DNA of 64,000 nt from Pirellulaceae bacterium (GCA_041741955.1 JBGSJL010000343.1:13953-77952); one strand, 5' to 3'; shown: positions 32,885 to 43,285, numbered from the stretch's first letter. Notes: a model not told the origin generated them from the sequence alone. Numbers and translations are program-made.

Positions 32885-34660
32885 ATGGCTCTGGCTGAAA
32901 CTAAACGTGCAACAGAAGTGATGACGGGTGCAGACATCCTGGTTAAATCGCTGGTGGACCACGGTGTGGAAGTCATTTTTGCGTACCCAGGTGGTTGCAG
33001 CATGCCCATGCACCAATCGTTGACCAAGTATGGCAAGCAGCTTCGGACCATTCTGCCGCGTCACGAGCAGGGTGGAGCCTTTGCCGCTCAAGGTATCGCC
33101 CGCAGCACCGGCAAGCCGGCGGTTGTGATGGCTACCAGCGGACCTGGCGCTACTAATCTGGTGACGGCTATTGCCGATGCTAAACTCGATAGCGTGCCCC
33201 TAATTGCTATCACCGGCCAAGTACCGACACCGGTGATTGGCAGCGATGCGTTCCAGGAAACGCCGATGGTCGAGGTCTGCCGTAGCATTACCAAGCATCA
33301 CTACTTGGTCACAAAAGTGGATGATGTCGCGCGGGTCATGAAGGAAGCGTTTCACATCGCCACCACCGGCCGCCCCGGACCAGTGCTCGTCGATATGCCC
33401 AAAGACGTGCAAATGGACAGTTGCTCGGTCGATTGGTCAGTGCCCATGGATTTGCCTGGCTACAAACTGACGACGCCCCAGGCACAGCCCGAGCAGATTC
33501 GGCAGATCGCCGCCGCGATTAAACATGCTAAGCGTCCGATCATCTATTGTGGGGGCGGAGTCATTTCTGCTGAGGCTTCCGATGATCTTCGCCAACTGAT
33601 TAAGACGACGGGCATCCCCACCACCATGACCGTAATGGGATTGGGGCTTTATCCCAACGAAGGACCACTCTCATTAGACATGCTCGGTATGCACGGTTCG
33701 GCGTACGCAAACTACGCCGTCAGGGATTGCGATTTGTTGCTCGCACTGGGTGTTCGTTTTGACGATCGCGTTACAGGAAAACTCGAAGCATTTGCAAAGC
33801 ATGCGAAAATCATCCATGTCGACGTCGATGCATCTGAGTTGAATAAGAACAAGGTGGCCCACATCCCGATATGCAGCGATGTCAAATATGCCTTGGAGCA
33901 GTTGAACAAAATCGTTGAGGCACCCGAAGATATCTCCGAGTGGGTCAAGCAATGTCAGGGATTGAAGAAAAAGCATCCGTTCCAGTACGACGAAGTTTTT
34001 GATGGCATTTTGCAGCAGCACGCTATTCGCGAACTGTCCAACTTGACCAAGCAGCGAGAGACCTTCATTACCGTTGGGGTCGGACAGCACCAAATGTGGG
34101 CGGCTCAGTTTTACCAGTTCCGCGAACCACGCCGTTGGCTGAGCTCTTCTGGGCTGGGCACCATGGGCTTTGGCCTGCCTGCCGCCATGGGTGTCCAAGC
34201 AGCTCACCCAGATGCACTGGTCGTGGACATCGACGGCGACGGCAGTTTCCAGATGAATATCCAGGAACTAGCCACGCTGTACTGCGAAAAACTGCCCGTC
34301 AAAGTGCTGTTGCTCAACAATCAGCACTTGGGAATGGTCGTTCAATGGGAAGATCGCTTTATGAACAGCAATCGCGCCCACACCTACCTCGGGCCGATCG
34401 ACGATGAAGAAGCTAGCGGCAAGGGCGTGACAGACAGCCACGCTATCGTTACCGATCGCTATCCAGACTTCGTGCAGATAGCCAAAGGCTACGGCTGCGG
34501 GGCCGCGACAGTCAGCAAGAAAAAAGACCTTCGCGGTGCGCTAGAAGAAATGATCAACTATCCAGGACCATATGTACTCGACGTAGCGGTGCCCTACCAG
34601 GAACATGTTTTGCCAATGATCCCAACCGGCAGAACTGTAGACGACATGATTCTTGAATAG
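32885..34660 (+). CDS. ilvB: Acetolactate synthase large subunit, biosynthetic type
   Basis: [30 protein letters not shown] and TPP motif GDGSFQMN...NN. Confidence 0.96.
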   Translation: MALAETKRATEVMTGADILVKSLVDHGVEVIFAYPGGCSMPMHQSLTKYGKQLRTILPRHEQGGAFAAQGIARSTGKPAVVMATSGPGATNLVTAIADAKLDSVPLIAITGQVPTPVIGSDAFQETPMVEVCRSITKHHYLVTKVDDVARVMKEAFHIATTGRPGPVLVDMPKDVQMDSCSVDWSVPMDLPGYKLTTPQAQPEQIRQIAAAIKHAKRPIIYCGGGVISAEASDDLRQLIKTTGIPTTMTVMGLGLYPNEGPLSLDMLGMHGSAYANYAVRDCDLLLALGVRFDDRVTGKLEAFAKHAKIIHVDVDASELNKNKVAHIPICSDVKYALEQLNKIVEAPEDISEWVKQCQGLKKKHPFQYDEVFDGILQQHAIRELSNLTKQRETFITVGVGQHQMWAAQFYQFREPRRWLSSSGLGTMGFGLPAAMGVQAAHPDALVVDIDGDGSFQMNIQELATLYCEKLPVKVLLLNNQHLGMVVQWEDRFMNSNRAHTYLGPIDDEEASGKGVTDSHAIVTDRYPDFVQIAKGYGCGAATVSKKKDLRGALEEMINYPGPYVLDVAVPYQEHVLPMIPTGRTVDDMILE

Positions 34661-34687
34661 GACCAAGCGAATACACCCTATTGAGTC

Positions 34688-34718
34688 AAGCCCAGCCCGC
34701 CCGGCTGGGCTTTTTTTT
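34688..34718 (+). terminator. Intrinsic terminator after ilvB
   Basis: Stem AAGCCCAGCC / GGCTGGGCTT with a 5-nt loop and a T8 tract. Confidence 0.88.
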
Positions 34719-34897
34719 AGCTCTTCAGAAGAAATTGTGGACTTAAGAAAAATACGCCTGCCAGCCTCTTTTTCCGTATTGGCGATAGGGATTGGTTTTG
34801 ATACGATCCGTCCCAGCAGACAACGACCGAATGAATCGGCGTAATCCGAATGAACGCTTCAATGCGACTTCACATATTCAATAGCGGAGGAACCGAT

Positions 34898-35416
34898 ATG
34901 CCACTGGCCGACAGCAGTCAATCCTGTGTACATATTCGCTGGATGATTCGTCGAGACATGCCTTCGGTATTGGCCATCGAAGAATCAAGCTTCGAGTTTC
35001 CGTGGAGCGAAGAAGAGTTCATCCGCTGCTTGCGTCAACGCAATTGCATTGGCATGGTGGCAGAACGCGACGACGCGGTCGTCGGCTTCATGATCTATGA
35101 ACTGCACAAGAATCGATTGCACCTGCTTAACTTCTCTGTTAATCCAGCTTGCCGGCGTTCTGCAATTGGTAGCTCCATGGTCGAAAAACTTTCCAGTAAG
35201 TTATCGCAAGACCGTCGAAATCGCATCACGCTGGAAGTTCGCGAAACCAACCTCGATGCTCAGCTATTTTTCAAGCATCACGGCTTTCGTGCGATCTCGG
35301 TATTGCGAGATTTTTACGAAGATACCACCGAAGACGCCTATTTAATGCAGTATCGTTTTCGCTCCAACGCAGCCGAGTTGGCTATCCCCGATACGAAACG
35401 TCGGATGGCTGGTTAA
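34898..35416 (+). CDS. rimI: RimI-like GNAT N-acetyltransferase
   Basis: IEESSFEFPWS, LEVRETNLDAQLFF and FYEDTTEDAYLM; GGAGG RBS before ATG 34898. Confidence 0.88.
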   Translation: MPLADSSQSCVHIRWMIRRDMPSVLAIEESSFEFPWSEEEFIRCLRQRNCIGMVAERDDAVVGFMIYELHKNRLHLLNFSVNPACRRSAIGSSMVEKLSSKLSQDRRNRITLEVRETNLDAQLFFKHHGFRAISVLRDFYEDTTEDAYLMQYRFRSNAAELAIPDTKRRMAG

Positions 35417-35420
35417 ATCT

Positions 35421-35960
35421 TTGTCCGCACGCAACTACAGCTTAGAATCAGAAACGTTGTTAGTCGCGCAGCGATTTAAAGTCGAGCGCGTCACGCAACG
35501 TTTCACAGACGGCCGAGCGTTTACACGTGATGTCATCAAGCATCCCGGTGCCGTCGTGCTGGTACCCGTGCTCGATGACGGACGTATCTGCCTGATTCGC
35601 AATTATCGCGTGGCCGTAGATCGCGAGCTGCTCGAGTTGCCTGCCGGCACGCTCGAACCCGATGAGCCGCCCATCGAAACCGCCCGTCGCGAATTGCTCG
35701 AAGAAACTGGCTATCGTGCCACCGATATCCAGCCACTCTGCGAATTCTACATGTCCCCCGGCATACTGGCTGAACGGATGCACGCCTTTTTGGCGACCGG
35801 CCTAACCGCTGGCACTCCCGCTCGCGAGGCTGGCGAGCAGATTGAGAATGAACTTGTAACGCCGGAAGAACTTGAGCGACTGTTGTCATCCGGCAGCATC
35901 CAAGATTCAAAAACGCTCTCTGCTCTGCTTTTCTATTTGCGATACCGCTGTCGAGCATAA
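35421..35960 (+). CDS. NUDIX hydrolase (ADP-ribose pyrophosphatase-like)
   Basis: Nudix box PAGTLEPDEPPIETARRELLEETGY; SPG and DSKT. Confidence 0.92.
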   Translation: MSARNYSLESETLLVAQRFKVERVTQRFTDGRAFTRDVIKHPGAVVLVPVLDDGRICLIRNYRVAVDRELLELPAGTLEPDEPPIETARRELLEETGYRATDIQPLCEFYMSPGILAERMHAFLATGLTAGTPAREAGEQIENELVTPEELERLLSSGSIQDSKTLSALLFYLRYRCRA

Positions 35961-36098
35961 TGGGCCCAGACTCCGCCCGGGCTAAGCGACAAAAAGGAAT
36001 TTCAGTTGAACTCTTTCAGAATCATTCGAGGGCTCTTTGTTCCTGAATGATTTGAGGGCTCATCTTGTTTTTAGTCGCGGGGATCAAGCGGAGAATTA

Positions 36099-36155
36099 GT
36101 GGGATAGGCTTCCAGCCTGTTATGCGGGATTCGACAGGCTGGAAGCCTATCGCAC
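36099..36155. repeat. REP-like palindromic doublet (family A, copy 1)
   Basis: GTGGGATAGGCTTCCAGCCTGT...ACAGGCTGGAAGCCTATCGCAC inverted arms. Confidence 0.85.
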
Positions 36156-36318
36156 GTTCAGTATCAGACAGTAGTTCTCCCCACGAGCGGAGCGACGACA
36201 TGCACAAGCTTTGGCGTCGAGCTCGTATTTTCGACTTGACTCGGTCGACGAATCTTGGGAATGACTCAAGCACCGGTTTCGCTTCGCAGGGGTGCGACAG
36301 GCAACTTGGTAACCAACC

Positions 36319-37074
36319 ATGCCATACGGACTTTATCTTTCCGCCGCTGGCGCGAATGCGCAGAGCCACCGCCTGGAAGTGCTCAGCCACAATCTTGCCA
36401 ATCTCAACACAGCGGGCTTTAAACCGCATATGGCCATGCTGCAGAGTCGCGCTTCGGAAGCTATCGAAGAAGGCCAAGCCGTGGCGGGGAGCGGTACCGT
36501 CGACGACATCAGTGGCGGCGTAGGTATCAAGCCGACGGTCACTCAGTTTTCACAGGGTGCCATCCGTCAGACAGGCAATCGCACCGATTTTGCGATCAAC
36601 GACAAAGAAAGCTTCTTTGCGGTTGAACATGATGGAAAACAATTGCTCAGTCGTGCAGGCAACTTCATGTTCGACTCGCGAGGCACCATGGTAACACCCA
36701 ATGGCGACCCAGTTCGTAGCGCCAATGGCACTCAAATCACCATAAATCCTAGTCTTCCCTATGAGATCAATGACGACGGTGTGGTCATTCAGGGCGGCGC
36801 GCGACAGCAAATTCGGCTGGTCAAACCACGCTCGTTGGGCGACCTTTCGCGTGTAGGCGAGAACCTGTTTGAATCGCTAACTCCAGTCGACGAAGTTGCC
36901 AATAACAAACGGTCGCTCGTCAGTGGTGCCCTAGAGTCTTCAGCGGTCGAACCCACAGGGGCGATGATGCAGCTTATCGAAGCATCGCGAGTCTACGAAG
37001 CCAACATTCGCATGATTCAAACCCAAGATGAAGCCATGGGACAATTGATCGGTCGCATGCTTCGCCAGAGCTGA
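36319..37074 (+). CDS. flgF: Flagellar basal-body rod protein FlgF
   Basis: SHNLANLNTAGFK N-terminus and GALESSAVE C-terminal motif; directly upstream of flgG. Confidence 0.85.
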   Translation: MPYGLYLSAAGANAQSHRLEVLSHNLANLNTAGFKPHMAMLQSRASEAIEEGQAVAGSGTVDDISGGVGIKPTVTQFSQGAIRQTGNRTDFAINDKESFFAVEHDGKQLLSRAGNFMFDSRGTMVTPNGDPVRSANGTQITINPSLPYEINDDGVVIQGGARQQIRLVKPRSLGDLSRVGENLFESLTPVDEVANNKRSLVSGALESSAVEPTGAMMQLIEASRVYEANIRMIQTQDEAMGQLIGRMLRQS

Positions 37075-37129
37075 GTAGGCGTGCTTACGATCCCACGAAC
37101 TTTAGCAACACTCACAGGATGAATGATCG

Positions 37130-37933
37130 ATGAGCGTACAAACTCTGTACACTGCGGCGACCGGTATGGACGCCATGCAAACCAAACTAGATGTCATCGC
37201 CAATAATCTAGCGAACATCAATACCACCGCCTTCAAGAAGGACCGCGCCAACTTCGAAGATTTGCTCTATCGCAACGATGTGTATCCAGGCACGCTGGAT
37301 GCCAATCAATTACCAGCGCCCACGGGCACCCAAGTCGGCTTGGGAACACGCGTGCAGAGTACCCAAAAAGACTTTCGACAGGGAGCCATTCAAGACACAG
37401 GCCGCGAGTTGGATTTAGCGATCGAAGGCGATGGCTTCCTGCAGGTACTGGACCCACTAACGCAAACGACTCGCTATACACGCTCTGGCAACCTGGATAT
37501 CAATGCCGACGGGAACCTAGTCATCGGCTCCGCGCAGACTGGGCGTCCGCTGGAGCCGCCAATCTCGATCCCCCAAGGCACTTCCTCGATACAGATTACT
37601 GCCAACGGTCAAGTCCTCGGGAGGCAACCTGGCGAACTGCAGTTTTCACAGATCGGTCAACTGCAGTTGGCGCAATTCATCAACCCCGATGGCTTGGCAA
37701 AAGTTGGTGAAAACTTGTACGAGCAAACCGATGCCAGCAGCACGCCTACTCCTGCCGATCCAGGTTCCAACGGCCTGGGTACGCTACGCCAACGCTCGCT
37801 CGAAGCATCCAATGTCGAACCCGTCCAAGAGCTTATTGACTTGATCACTACCCAACGTGGTTTCGAATTAAATTCGCAAGCCGTACAAGCCGGCGATCAA
37901 TTGATGCAGCTTATTTCTAATCTCCGTCGCTAG
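37130..37933 (+). CDS. flgG: Flagellar distal rod protein FlgG
   Basis: ANNLANINTTAFKK, FEDLLY, QVGLG, DLAIEGDGF and LEASNV. Confidence 0.93.
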   Translation: MSVQTLYTAATGMDAMQTKLDVIANNLANINTTAFKKDRANFEDLLYRNDVYPGTLDANQLPAPTGTQVGLGTRVQSTQKDFRQGAIQDTGRELDLAIEGDGFLQVLDPLTQTTRYTRSGNLDINADGNLVIGSAQTGRPLEPPISIPQGTSSIQITANGQVLGRQPGELQFSQIGQLQLAQFINPDGLAKVGENLYEQTDASSTPTPADPGSNGLGTLRQRSLEASNVEPVQELIDLITTQRGFELNSQAVQAGDQLMQLISNLRR

Positions 37934-38008
37934 ATATCAGTCGATAAATATCCGTCGCCAAATTTCAGTCGCTAGAATCCAAATCTCAAATTACGGCCAG
38001 TCTGACCG

Positions 38009-39064
38009 ATGAACGGCACGCGATTTCTACTCCCACTTGTATGTCTCCTCCTGACAAGCTCACGCGTTTGTGCGGCAGAGGATCAGATCGTGCTACGATT
38101 TGTGGAAAACCCTAGAGCGAGCAGAAATGTGGTTGAGCTCGGCGACTTGGTTGAGGTACTGTCGGGTGAAAGCTCCTCGGTGACTCGTATGCTAAAAATT
38201 CCGCTTGGGCCCGCGCCTCGCGAAGACACCGCTCAAACTTGGCATAGCGAAGATATTTTACAGCATCTGGAATTCAGCGGCTTTCATCCCAATAGTCTAC
38301 GCTGGTCTGGTAATACGCAAGTCAAATTGCAGCGAATGGCGGGTGTAAATTTGGCGATGACCGAATCGATCCAACCCGCTTTCGTGCAGCCGCGCACGAT
38401 CGAGCTAGCAGAGAATCTCGTCGCGCAGGCTATCAAAGGCTACTTGGATCTAAAAACCGGTGAGCGCACCGACTGGCTCGTCAAACCGAACGTACCCGCC
38501 GAACTAGCCAATGTGATCCGAATAAAACGCAATATCGTAGGCATTGGCGGCGGCCAAGAACCTTGGCACGGTCGGCAAGAATTTGTATTACAGATTCAAG
38601 ATCGTAATCAATTGTCCAACGTGAAAGTGGTTGCCATAGTTGACCTGCCGCCCATGGTCGTCGTGGCCAAACGACCCTTGCGTCGCGACGAAGTCATCGC
38701 TGCTGAGGTACTCGAATATGCCCCACTTCCCGCCCAAACGGCTGTTGAGCAAGAAAAATTATATACCGATTTTGAACAGTTGATCGGCAAGCAGCTCAAA
38801 CGCTCGGTCAGTACCGGGTTGCCGATATCGAGCGACTTTGTGGGCGCGCCGATTGTCATCCAGCGCAATGAAATGATTGAAGTCGAATCGGTAGCGGGAC
38901 AAGTCGTCGTGCGCGCCATGGCCCGTTCGCTAGGCAGTGGTGCCGTGGGCGAACTGATTGAAATTGAGACCATTCCAGCCAAACATCGCATGTTGGCCAC
39001 AGTGGCTGGACCCCTGAAAGTACGTGTCGCGGCCATGTCGGCGCGTAGTAGCCAAGAAAGATAG
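38009..39064 (+). CDS. flgA: Flagellar P-ring formation chaperone FlgA
   Basis: Signal peptide, SAF-like region (VVVAKRPLRRDEVI...GKQLKR) and GAVGELIEIE; position between flgG and flgH. Confidence 0.82.
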   Translation: MNGTRFLLPLVCLLLTSSRVCAAEDQIVLRFVENPRASRNVVELGDLVEVLSGESSSVTRMLKIPLGPAPREDTAQTWHSEDILQHLEFSGFHPNSLRWSGNTQVKLQRMAGVNLAMTESIQPAFVQPRTIELAENLVAQAIKGYLDLKTGERTDWLVKPNVPAELANVIRIKRNIVGIGGGQEPWHGRQEFVLQIQDRNQLSNVKVVAIVDLPPMVVVAKRPLRRDEVIAAEVLEYAPLPAQTAVEQEKLYTDFEQLIGKQLKRSVSTGLPISSDFVGAPIVIQRNEMIEVESVAGQVVVRAMARSLGSGAVGELIEIETIPAKHRMLATVAGPLKVRVAAMSARSSQER

Positions 39065-39066
39065 CC

Positions 39067-39924
39067 ATGGAAATCGTGAGCATATATTCACTTCGAAGTG
39101 ACCAGCGTCGGCCTGTTAAAGCGCGATGCATTTGCAGCGCAGCGTTGTGCCTTCTGCTTTCACAGGTTTGCATTACTCAGGGGCGCGCTCAGCAAAGCAG
39201 TCTCTTCCACCACCCATCAGTGCCCATGAACGCGCCCCAGCCGGATGCGTTGCTTGGGCCGGGTCCAGCCGGAGCGATGCCGCCATCGATGCCGCCATCG
39301 TACCCGCCACCCTCAGGTGTACCAAATCCTTATGCATCGCAAAACGGTTCTACGGCGATGGCGGGTATGGGGAATCTCATGTCGCCACCGCGAACGTACC
39401 TAGCACCGCTGCCACCCAAAGTTTTACAGCTTCACGATATCGTACAAATACGAGTCGATGAAGCCGCTCGAATGATTGCTGACGGTATTTCGGCGCAGCG
39501 AAAGAACATCCTCTACGATGCGACCCTCGACGACTGGCTCGAGCTGGATGGACTTTCCCTGAAAGCGGCCCCACAAACCGATGGCGATCCAAAAGTAAAA
39601 GGGCAAAGTAACCAGATTTATCGAGCTAACTCGTCGGTGCAAACACGCGAGTCTCTAACGCTGAACATCTCCGCTGAAATCGCGGACATCCGCTCCAACG
39701 GGCGCATCATACTGGAGGCACATAAAATGATCAGCAATAATGACAATCGCTGGAGTGTGTCGCTTAGCGGCGAGTGCCAAGCGACCGCCATCGGACCCGA
39801 CAACGTAGTGCTCAGTCGGGACATTATCAATCTACAAATCGATAAGCGCGAAGCTGGCCAAGCCCGCGATGGATATGCGCGCGGATGGTTCACGGCGCTC
39901 TTCAGCAAAATTCAGCCTTTCTAG
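39067..39924 (+). CDS. flgH: Flagellar L-ring protein FlgH
   Basis: DIVQIRVDE, ISAEIADIRSNGRIILE and GWF...IQPF C-terminus. Confidence 0.85.
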   Translation: MEIVSIYSLRSDQRRPVKARCICSAALCLLLSQVCITQGRAQQSSLFHHPSVPMNAPQPDALLGPGPAGAMPPSMPPSYPPPSGVPNPYASQNGSTAMAGMGNLMSPPRTYLAPLPPKVLQLHDIVQIRVDEAARMIADGISAQRKNILYDATLDDWLELDGLSLKAAPQTDGDPKVKGQSNQIYRANSSVQTRESLTLNISAEIADIRSNGRIILEAHKMISNNDNRWSVSLSGECQATAIGPDNVVLSRDIINLQIDKREAGQARDGYARGWFTALFSKIQPF

Positions 39925-39935
39925 GACGAAAATCG

Positions 39936-41048
39936 GTGACCATTACAAACACACTAACCTTCAGAACATGGCTGGTGCTGCTATTGATGTCGCTTGGTCT
40001 CTTGCAGCTCTCGGGCGCAAGTGCCGACGATCAACTGCGTCTGCGCGACGTCTGTCGGCTCAAAGGCCAAGAAGAAAATACGCTTCAAGGAGTTGGCTTG
40101 GTCGTAGGTTTGCGCGCCACCGGTGATGACAAGATCGACCCAACGACGCGCGCGCTGGCTAACTTGATGATGAGCCTAGGTGCGAGTATCAAGCGCGACG
40201 GACAGGGCTTGCCCGTGATTGCAGACTTAAAAGACGCCAAGAATATCGCGGCTGTCTTGGTGACCGCTAAAGTGCCATCGGCCGGTGCTCAACAAGGCGA
40301 TCAACTCAACTGCAGCGTAAGTGCAACCAGCGCCAAAAGCCTGCAGGGCGGTCGGCTGGTCTTGGCGCATCTGTATGGTCCGCGCTCGGAAGACGGTACT
40401 GTTTATGCGCTCGCCCAAGGTCGCATTTCACTGCCGGACGCCAATCAGTCAACCGAGGGTGTTATCTACAACGGCTGCAAAATGGAAACGACGATTACCA
40501 ATGGCTTTACCAGCAACGGCATGATTACGCTGATTTTGGATCGAGATATTGCCAGCTTCTCAACCGCCGTGGAGATACAGGACTCCATCAATCAACTAAA
40601 TCAGACGGGCCTATCGGCTGGCAATGGAGCTTCAGATACGTTGATTATCGCCAAGGCTATCGATCAGCTACACATTGAGGTCGGTATCCCGCAAGCCTAC
40701 AAAAGCGAAGAAGTTCAGTTTGTTTCGTTGTTGCTCGACATCCCGCTCACGCAAGTCAAAAAACCTAAGCGAGTGGTCATCAATGAGCGCGAAGGCGTGA
40801 TTGTGATCGGCGAAGACGTCCTGATCAGCCCCGTAGCCATCAACCACAAAAACCTAACGATTGACGCGCGGCCCATCCAAGGTGGATTTGCCGCCGTCGA
40901 TACCGACAGTCCGCTGAAACCGCGTGCCAAGCTAAAGAACTTAGTCGATGCCCTTAACGGGCTGAATGTACCGACCGCCGATGTTATCGCCATCATTCGC
41001 ACGCTCGAACGAAACGGTGACTTGTACGGAGAAGTCGTCTTCGACTAG
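39936..41048 (+). CDS. flgI: Flagellar P-ring protein FlgI
   Basis: RLRDVCRLKG...LQGVGLVVGLRATGD, KNIAAVLVTA, SLQGGRL and RVVINEREG; GTG start at 39936 assumed. Confidence 0.92.
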   Translation: MTITNTLTFRTWLVLLLMSLGLLQLSGASADDQLRLRDVCRLKGQEENTLQGVGLVVGLRATGDDKIDPTTRALANLMMSLGASIKRDGQGLPVIADLKDAKNIAAVLVTAKVPSAGAQQGDQLNCSVSATSAKSLQGGRLVLAHLYGPRSEDGTVYALAQGRISLPDANQSTEGVIYNGCKMETTITNGFTSNGMITLILDRDIASFSTAVEIQDSINQLNQTGLSAGNGASDTLIIAKAIDQLHIEVGIPQAYKSEEVQFVSLLLDIPLTQVKKPKRVVINEREGVIVIGEDVLISPVAINHKNLTIDARPIQGGFAAVDTDSPLKPRAKLKNLVDALNGLNVPTADVIAIIRTLERNGDLYGEVVFD

Positions 41049-41066
41049 AGGTCTGTTTGTCTCCGC

Positions 41067-41473
41067 GTGAACCTCAGACGCTAGCCGTGGGCCTCGTCGC
41101 GGGTTGGCGCCCACGGCGAGTGCCTGGACTGCTAAAAGTTTGGGGTTGTGCCTTTTTGGGGATTTCCACGGGTACAAATTTGGTACCGCATGCATTGTCT
41201 ATTATCCCGATAGGGATTCAAGCAATTAGCTGGGGGTCGCTGCGAAGCAGCGCACCCCCAGAAACCGACAAAACGATGCGCCGACCCTGAAAGGGTCGTA
41301 GATTCTGCGACCCTTTCAGGGTTGGCGTGTTCTCAGCGCAACTGTTCCCGGTGGTGTCGCTGCGCTCAACCACCGGCTAATAGCTCGAATCCCTACCGGG
41401 ATAAAACCTGCGCAAGCCGTTATTCTTCACAACCCCTAACTTTGAGCAGTCCAGGCTAGCGCCTGAGGTTCAC
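41067..41473. mobile_element. Nested REP/MITE composite: a TIR-bounded non-coding element inserted into a REP, with internal REP-like palindromes
   Basis: Outer IR 41067-41085/41455-41473; 29-bp TIRs 41122-41150/41428-41456; inner IR 41202-41230/41376-41404; central hairpin 41279-41327. Confidence 0.75.
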
Positions 41474-41518
41474 TAATTTGCTTCGTCAAAATTTTATCCG
41501 TCCAGTCGCAGGAACTCT

Positions 41519-41911
41519 ATGAATATCAACTCCAGTTCGCTTGCAAATCAACGGCTGTCGCCGCCAAGTCCCTTTGGCAATGCTGCGTCCAGCCCGCCGC
41601 CCGAAAACTTTGAACTCCAACTACCCGATGCGCTCCGATCCGATCCAGCGGCAAGTTCCCTTCAAGACTCGCCCGATCCAGACGAACTCAAAGACGCATT
41701 CTCAAATTTCGTAGGCCAAACTTTCTTCGGCGAAATGATCAAGGCCTATCGTACCACGCAGCAACCTTCAGCCTATTTTAACGGTGGGCGAGCTGAAGAG
41801 ATTTTCCAAGGGCAATTCGACCAAGTACTAACGGAAAAGCTGAGCGAGGCCAGCGCGGAAAAAATTGCCGATCCGTTGTTCGAACTCTTTATGCTCAAGC
41901 GTGCATCCTGA
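41519..41911 (+). CDS. flgJ: FlgJ-like rod-binding protein (no muramidase domain)
   Basis: ELKDAFSNFVGQTFFGEMIKAYR...GGRAEEIFQGQFDQ rod-binding pattern; 130 aa. Confidence 0.75.
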   Translation: MNINSSSLANQRLSPPSPFGNAASSPPPENFELQLPDALRSDPAASSLQDSPDPDELKDAFSNFVGQTFFGEMIKAYRTTQQPSAYFNGGRAEEIFQGQFDQVLTEKLSEASAEKIADPLFELFMLKRAS

Positions 41912-41942
41912 TCGTCATGTCTTAGGATCGAGCGGAAAATAA

Positions 41943-42003
41943 GTGGGATAGGCTTCCAGCCAGCCTGTCATAGTGGTATCGACAGGCTAGCAGCCTATCC
42001 CAC
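41943..42003. repeat. REP-like palindromic doublet (family A, copy 2)
   Basis: GTGGGATAGGCTTCCAGC(CAGC)CTGTC...GACAGGCTAGCAGCCTATCCCAC; same family as 36099-36155. Confidence 0.82.
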
Positions 42004-42082
42004 GCGGCGTCCGTTGGAGTCCAGACCCCAACGGACGTGTGCGATAGATTGGTCCCCATCCTCCTTTTTGAGACCTCAAATA

Positions 42083-43285
42083 GTGAACACAATCTGGCAA
42101 TTTGCGACTGCGGGCGCCCTGCGGTACGGACGCGGTTGCGGCATGCTGCTTCCCGACGTGGTCGCTAACCTCGGAGTGAAACGTCCGCTGATTGTTACCG
42201 ATCGCAATGTTTCATCCGTTGCCGCAGTCCGCGCCGTCCTAAGTGCGACTGGCCTGAGGCACGATGTAAAGATTTTCGATGGATGCGTGGCAGAGCCATC
42301 GATCGCAGTGGCAGCATCCGCTTGCGAGTACGGTAAGTCATACAACGTCGACTCGGTGATTGGCATTGGAGGTGGAAGCAACCTGGATGTGGCCAAGGTC
42401 GCAGCCGCCGTGCTGAGGTACGGTGGCCAGCCGGCGGACTATTTCGGATTCGATCGCATTGCCGGCCCTGTTTTGCCTATGATTGCAGTGCCCACGACCG
42501 CTGGAACCGGTAGCGAAGTATCCCACTCGGCGGTTTTGACAGATACAGATCAAGCAATAAAAGTCAGTACGCTTTCGCGCTGGTTGCGTCCGGCCTACGC
42601 GCTTGTCGATCCTTCGTTGACAGACTCATGCCCTCCCCGAGTCTCCGCGCACAGCGGTATTGACGCTTTGGTACACGCCATCGAAGCGTACACCAATCGC
42701 GATTTCTCCGAGATGGTTGATTTGGATCCTCAAGCCAAAGCTTACGAGGGCAGCTACCCACTCACGCGCATGTTGGCGGCCGAAGCGATTCGCCTGGTCG
42801 GTCGTTCCTTGGCAAATGTAGTCGAGCCACCGGGCGCGGCAGACGCTCGAGACGACATGGCGCTCGCAGCCACGCTCGCTGGCATGGCGTTTTCCAACAG
42901 CGGAGTCGGAATTGTACACGCGCTGGAGTATCCGATTGGCGCACTGACGCATTGCAGTCACGGAGAAGGGAACGGACTGCTGCTGCCTCACGTCATGCGC
43001 TACAACCTAGATTTTCGTATTTCAGAATTTGCGACCATTGCCTCGTTGCTCGGTGTGCTGAGCGACGGTCTGAGCGAGCGTCAGTTAGCCGAGTCAGCGA
43101 TTGAGGCAGTCGAGTTGTTGTTGGATCGGATTGGTATCACGCGCCGACTGCGCGACTTTGGTATGAAAAAGTCGCAAATTCCCGAAGTAGCCAGCAAAGC
43201 ATTTCAAATCAAGAGACTGATGGCTGTCAATCAACGCCCGCCGCAACTATCCGACCTAAACGCCATTTTGGAAGCGGCCTTTTAG
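42083..43285 (+). CDS. Iron-containing alcohol dehydrogenase (possibly hydroxyacid-oxoacid transhydrogenase-like)
   Basis: GGGSNLDVAK, PTTAGTGSE, DALVHAIEAY and HALEYP...HG; GTG start at 42083 assumed. Confidence 0.9.
   Translation: MNTIWQFATAGALRYGRGCGMLLPDVVANLGVKRPLIVTDRNVSSVAAVRAVLSATGLRHDVKIFDGCVAEPSIAVAASACEYGKSYNVDSVIGIGGGSNLDVAKVAAAVLRYGGQPADYFGFDRIAGPVLPMIAVPTTAGTGSEVSHSAVLTDTDQAIKVSTLSRWLRPAYALVDPSLTDSCPPRVSAHSGIDALVHAIEAYTNRDFSEMVDLDPQAKAYEGSYPLTRMLAAEAIRLVGRSLANVVEPPGAADARDDMALAATLAGMAFSNSGVGIVHALEYPIGALTHCSHGEGNGLLLPHVMRYNLDFRISEFATIASLLGVLSDGLSERQLAESAIEAVELLLDRIGITRRLRDFGMKKSQIPEVASKAFQIKRLMAVNQRPPQLSDLNAILEAAF

Noticed and set aside
41057-41290. 77-aa ORF (also 36022-36477 and 36065-36523)
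   Set aside because: These translate palindromic repeat DNA or overlap flgF, and have no protein-like features.
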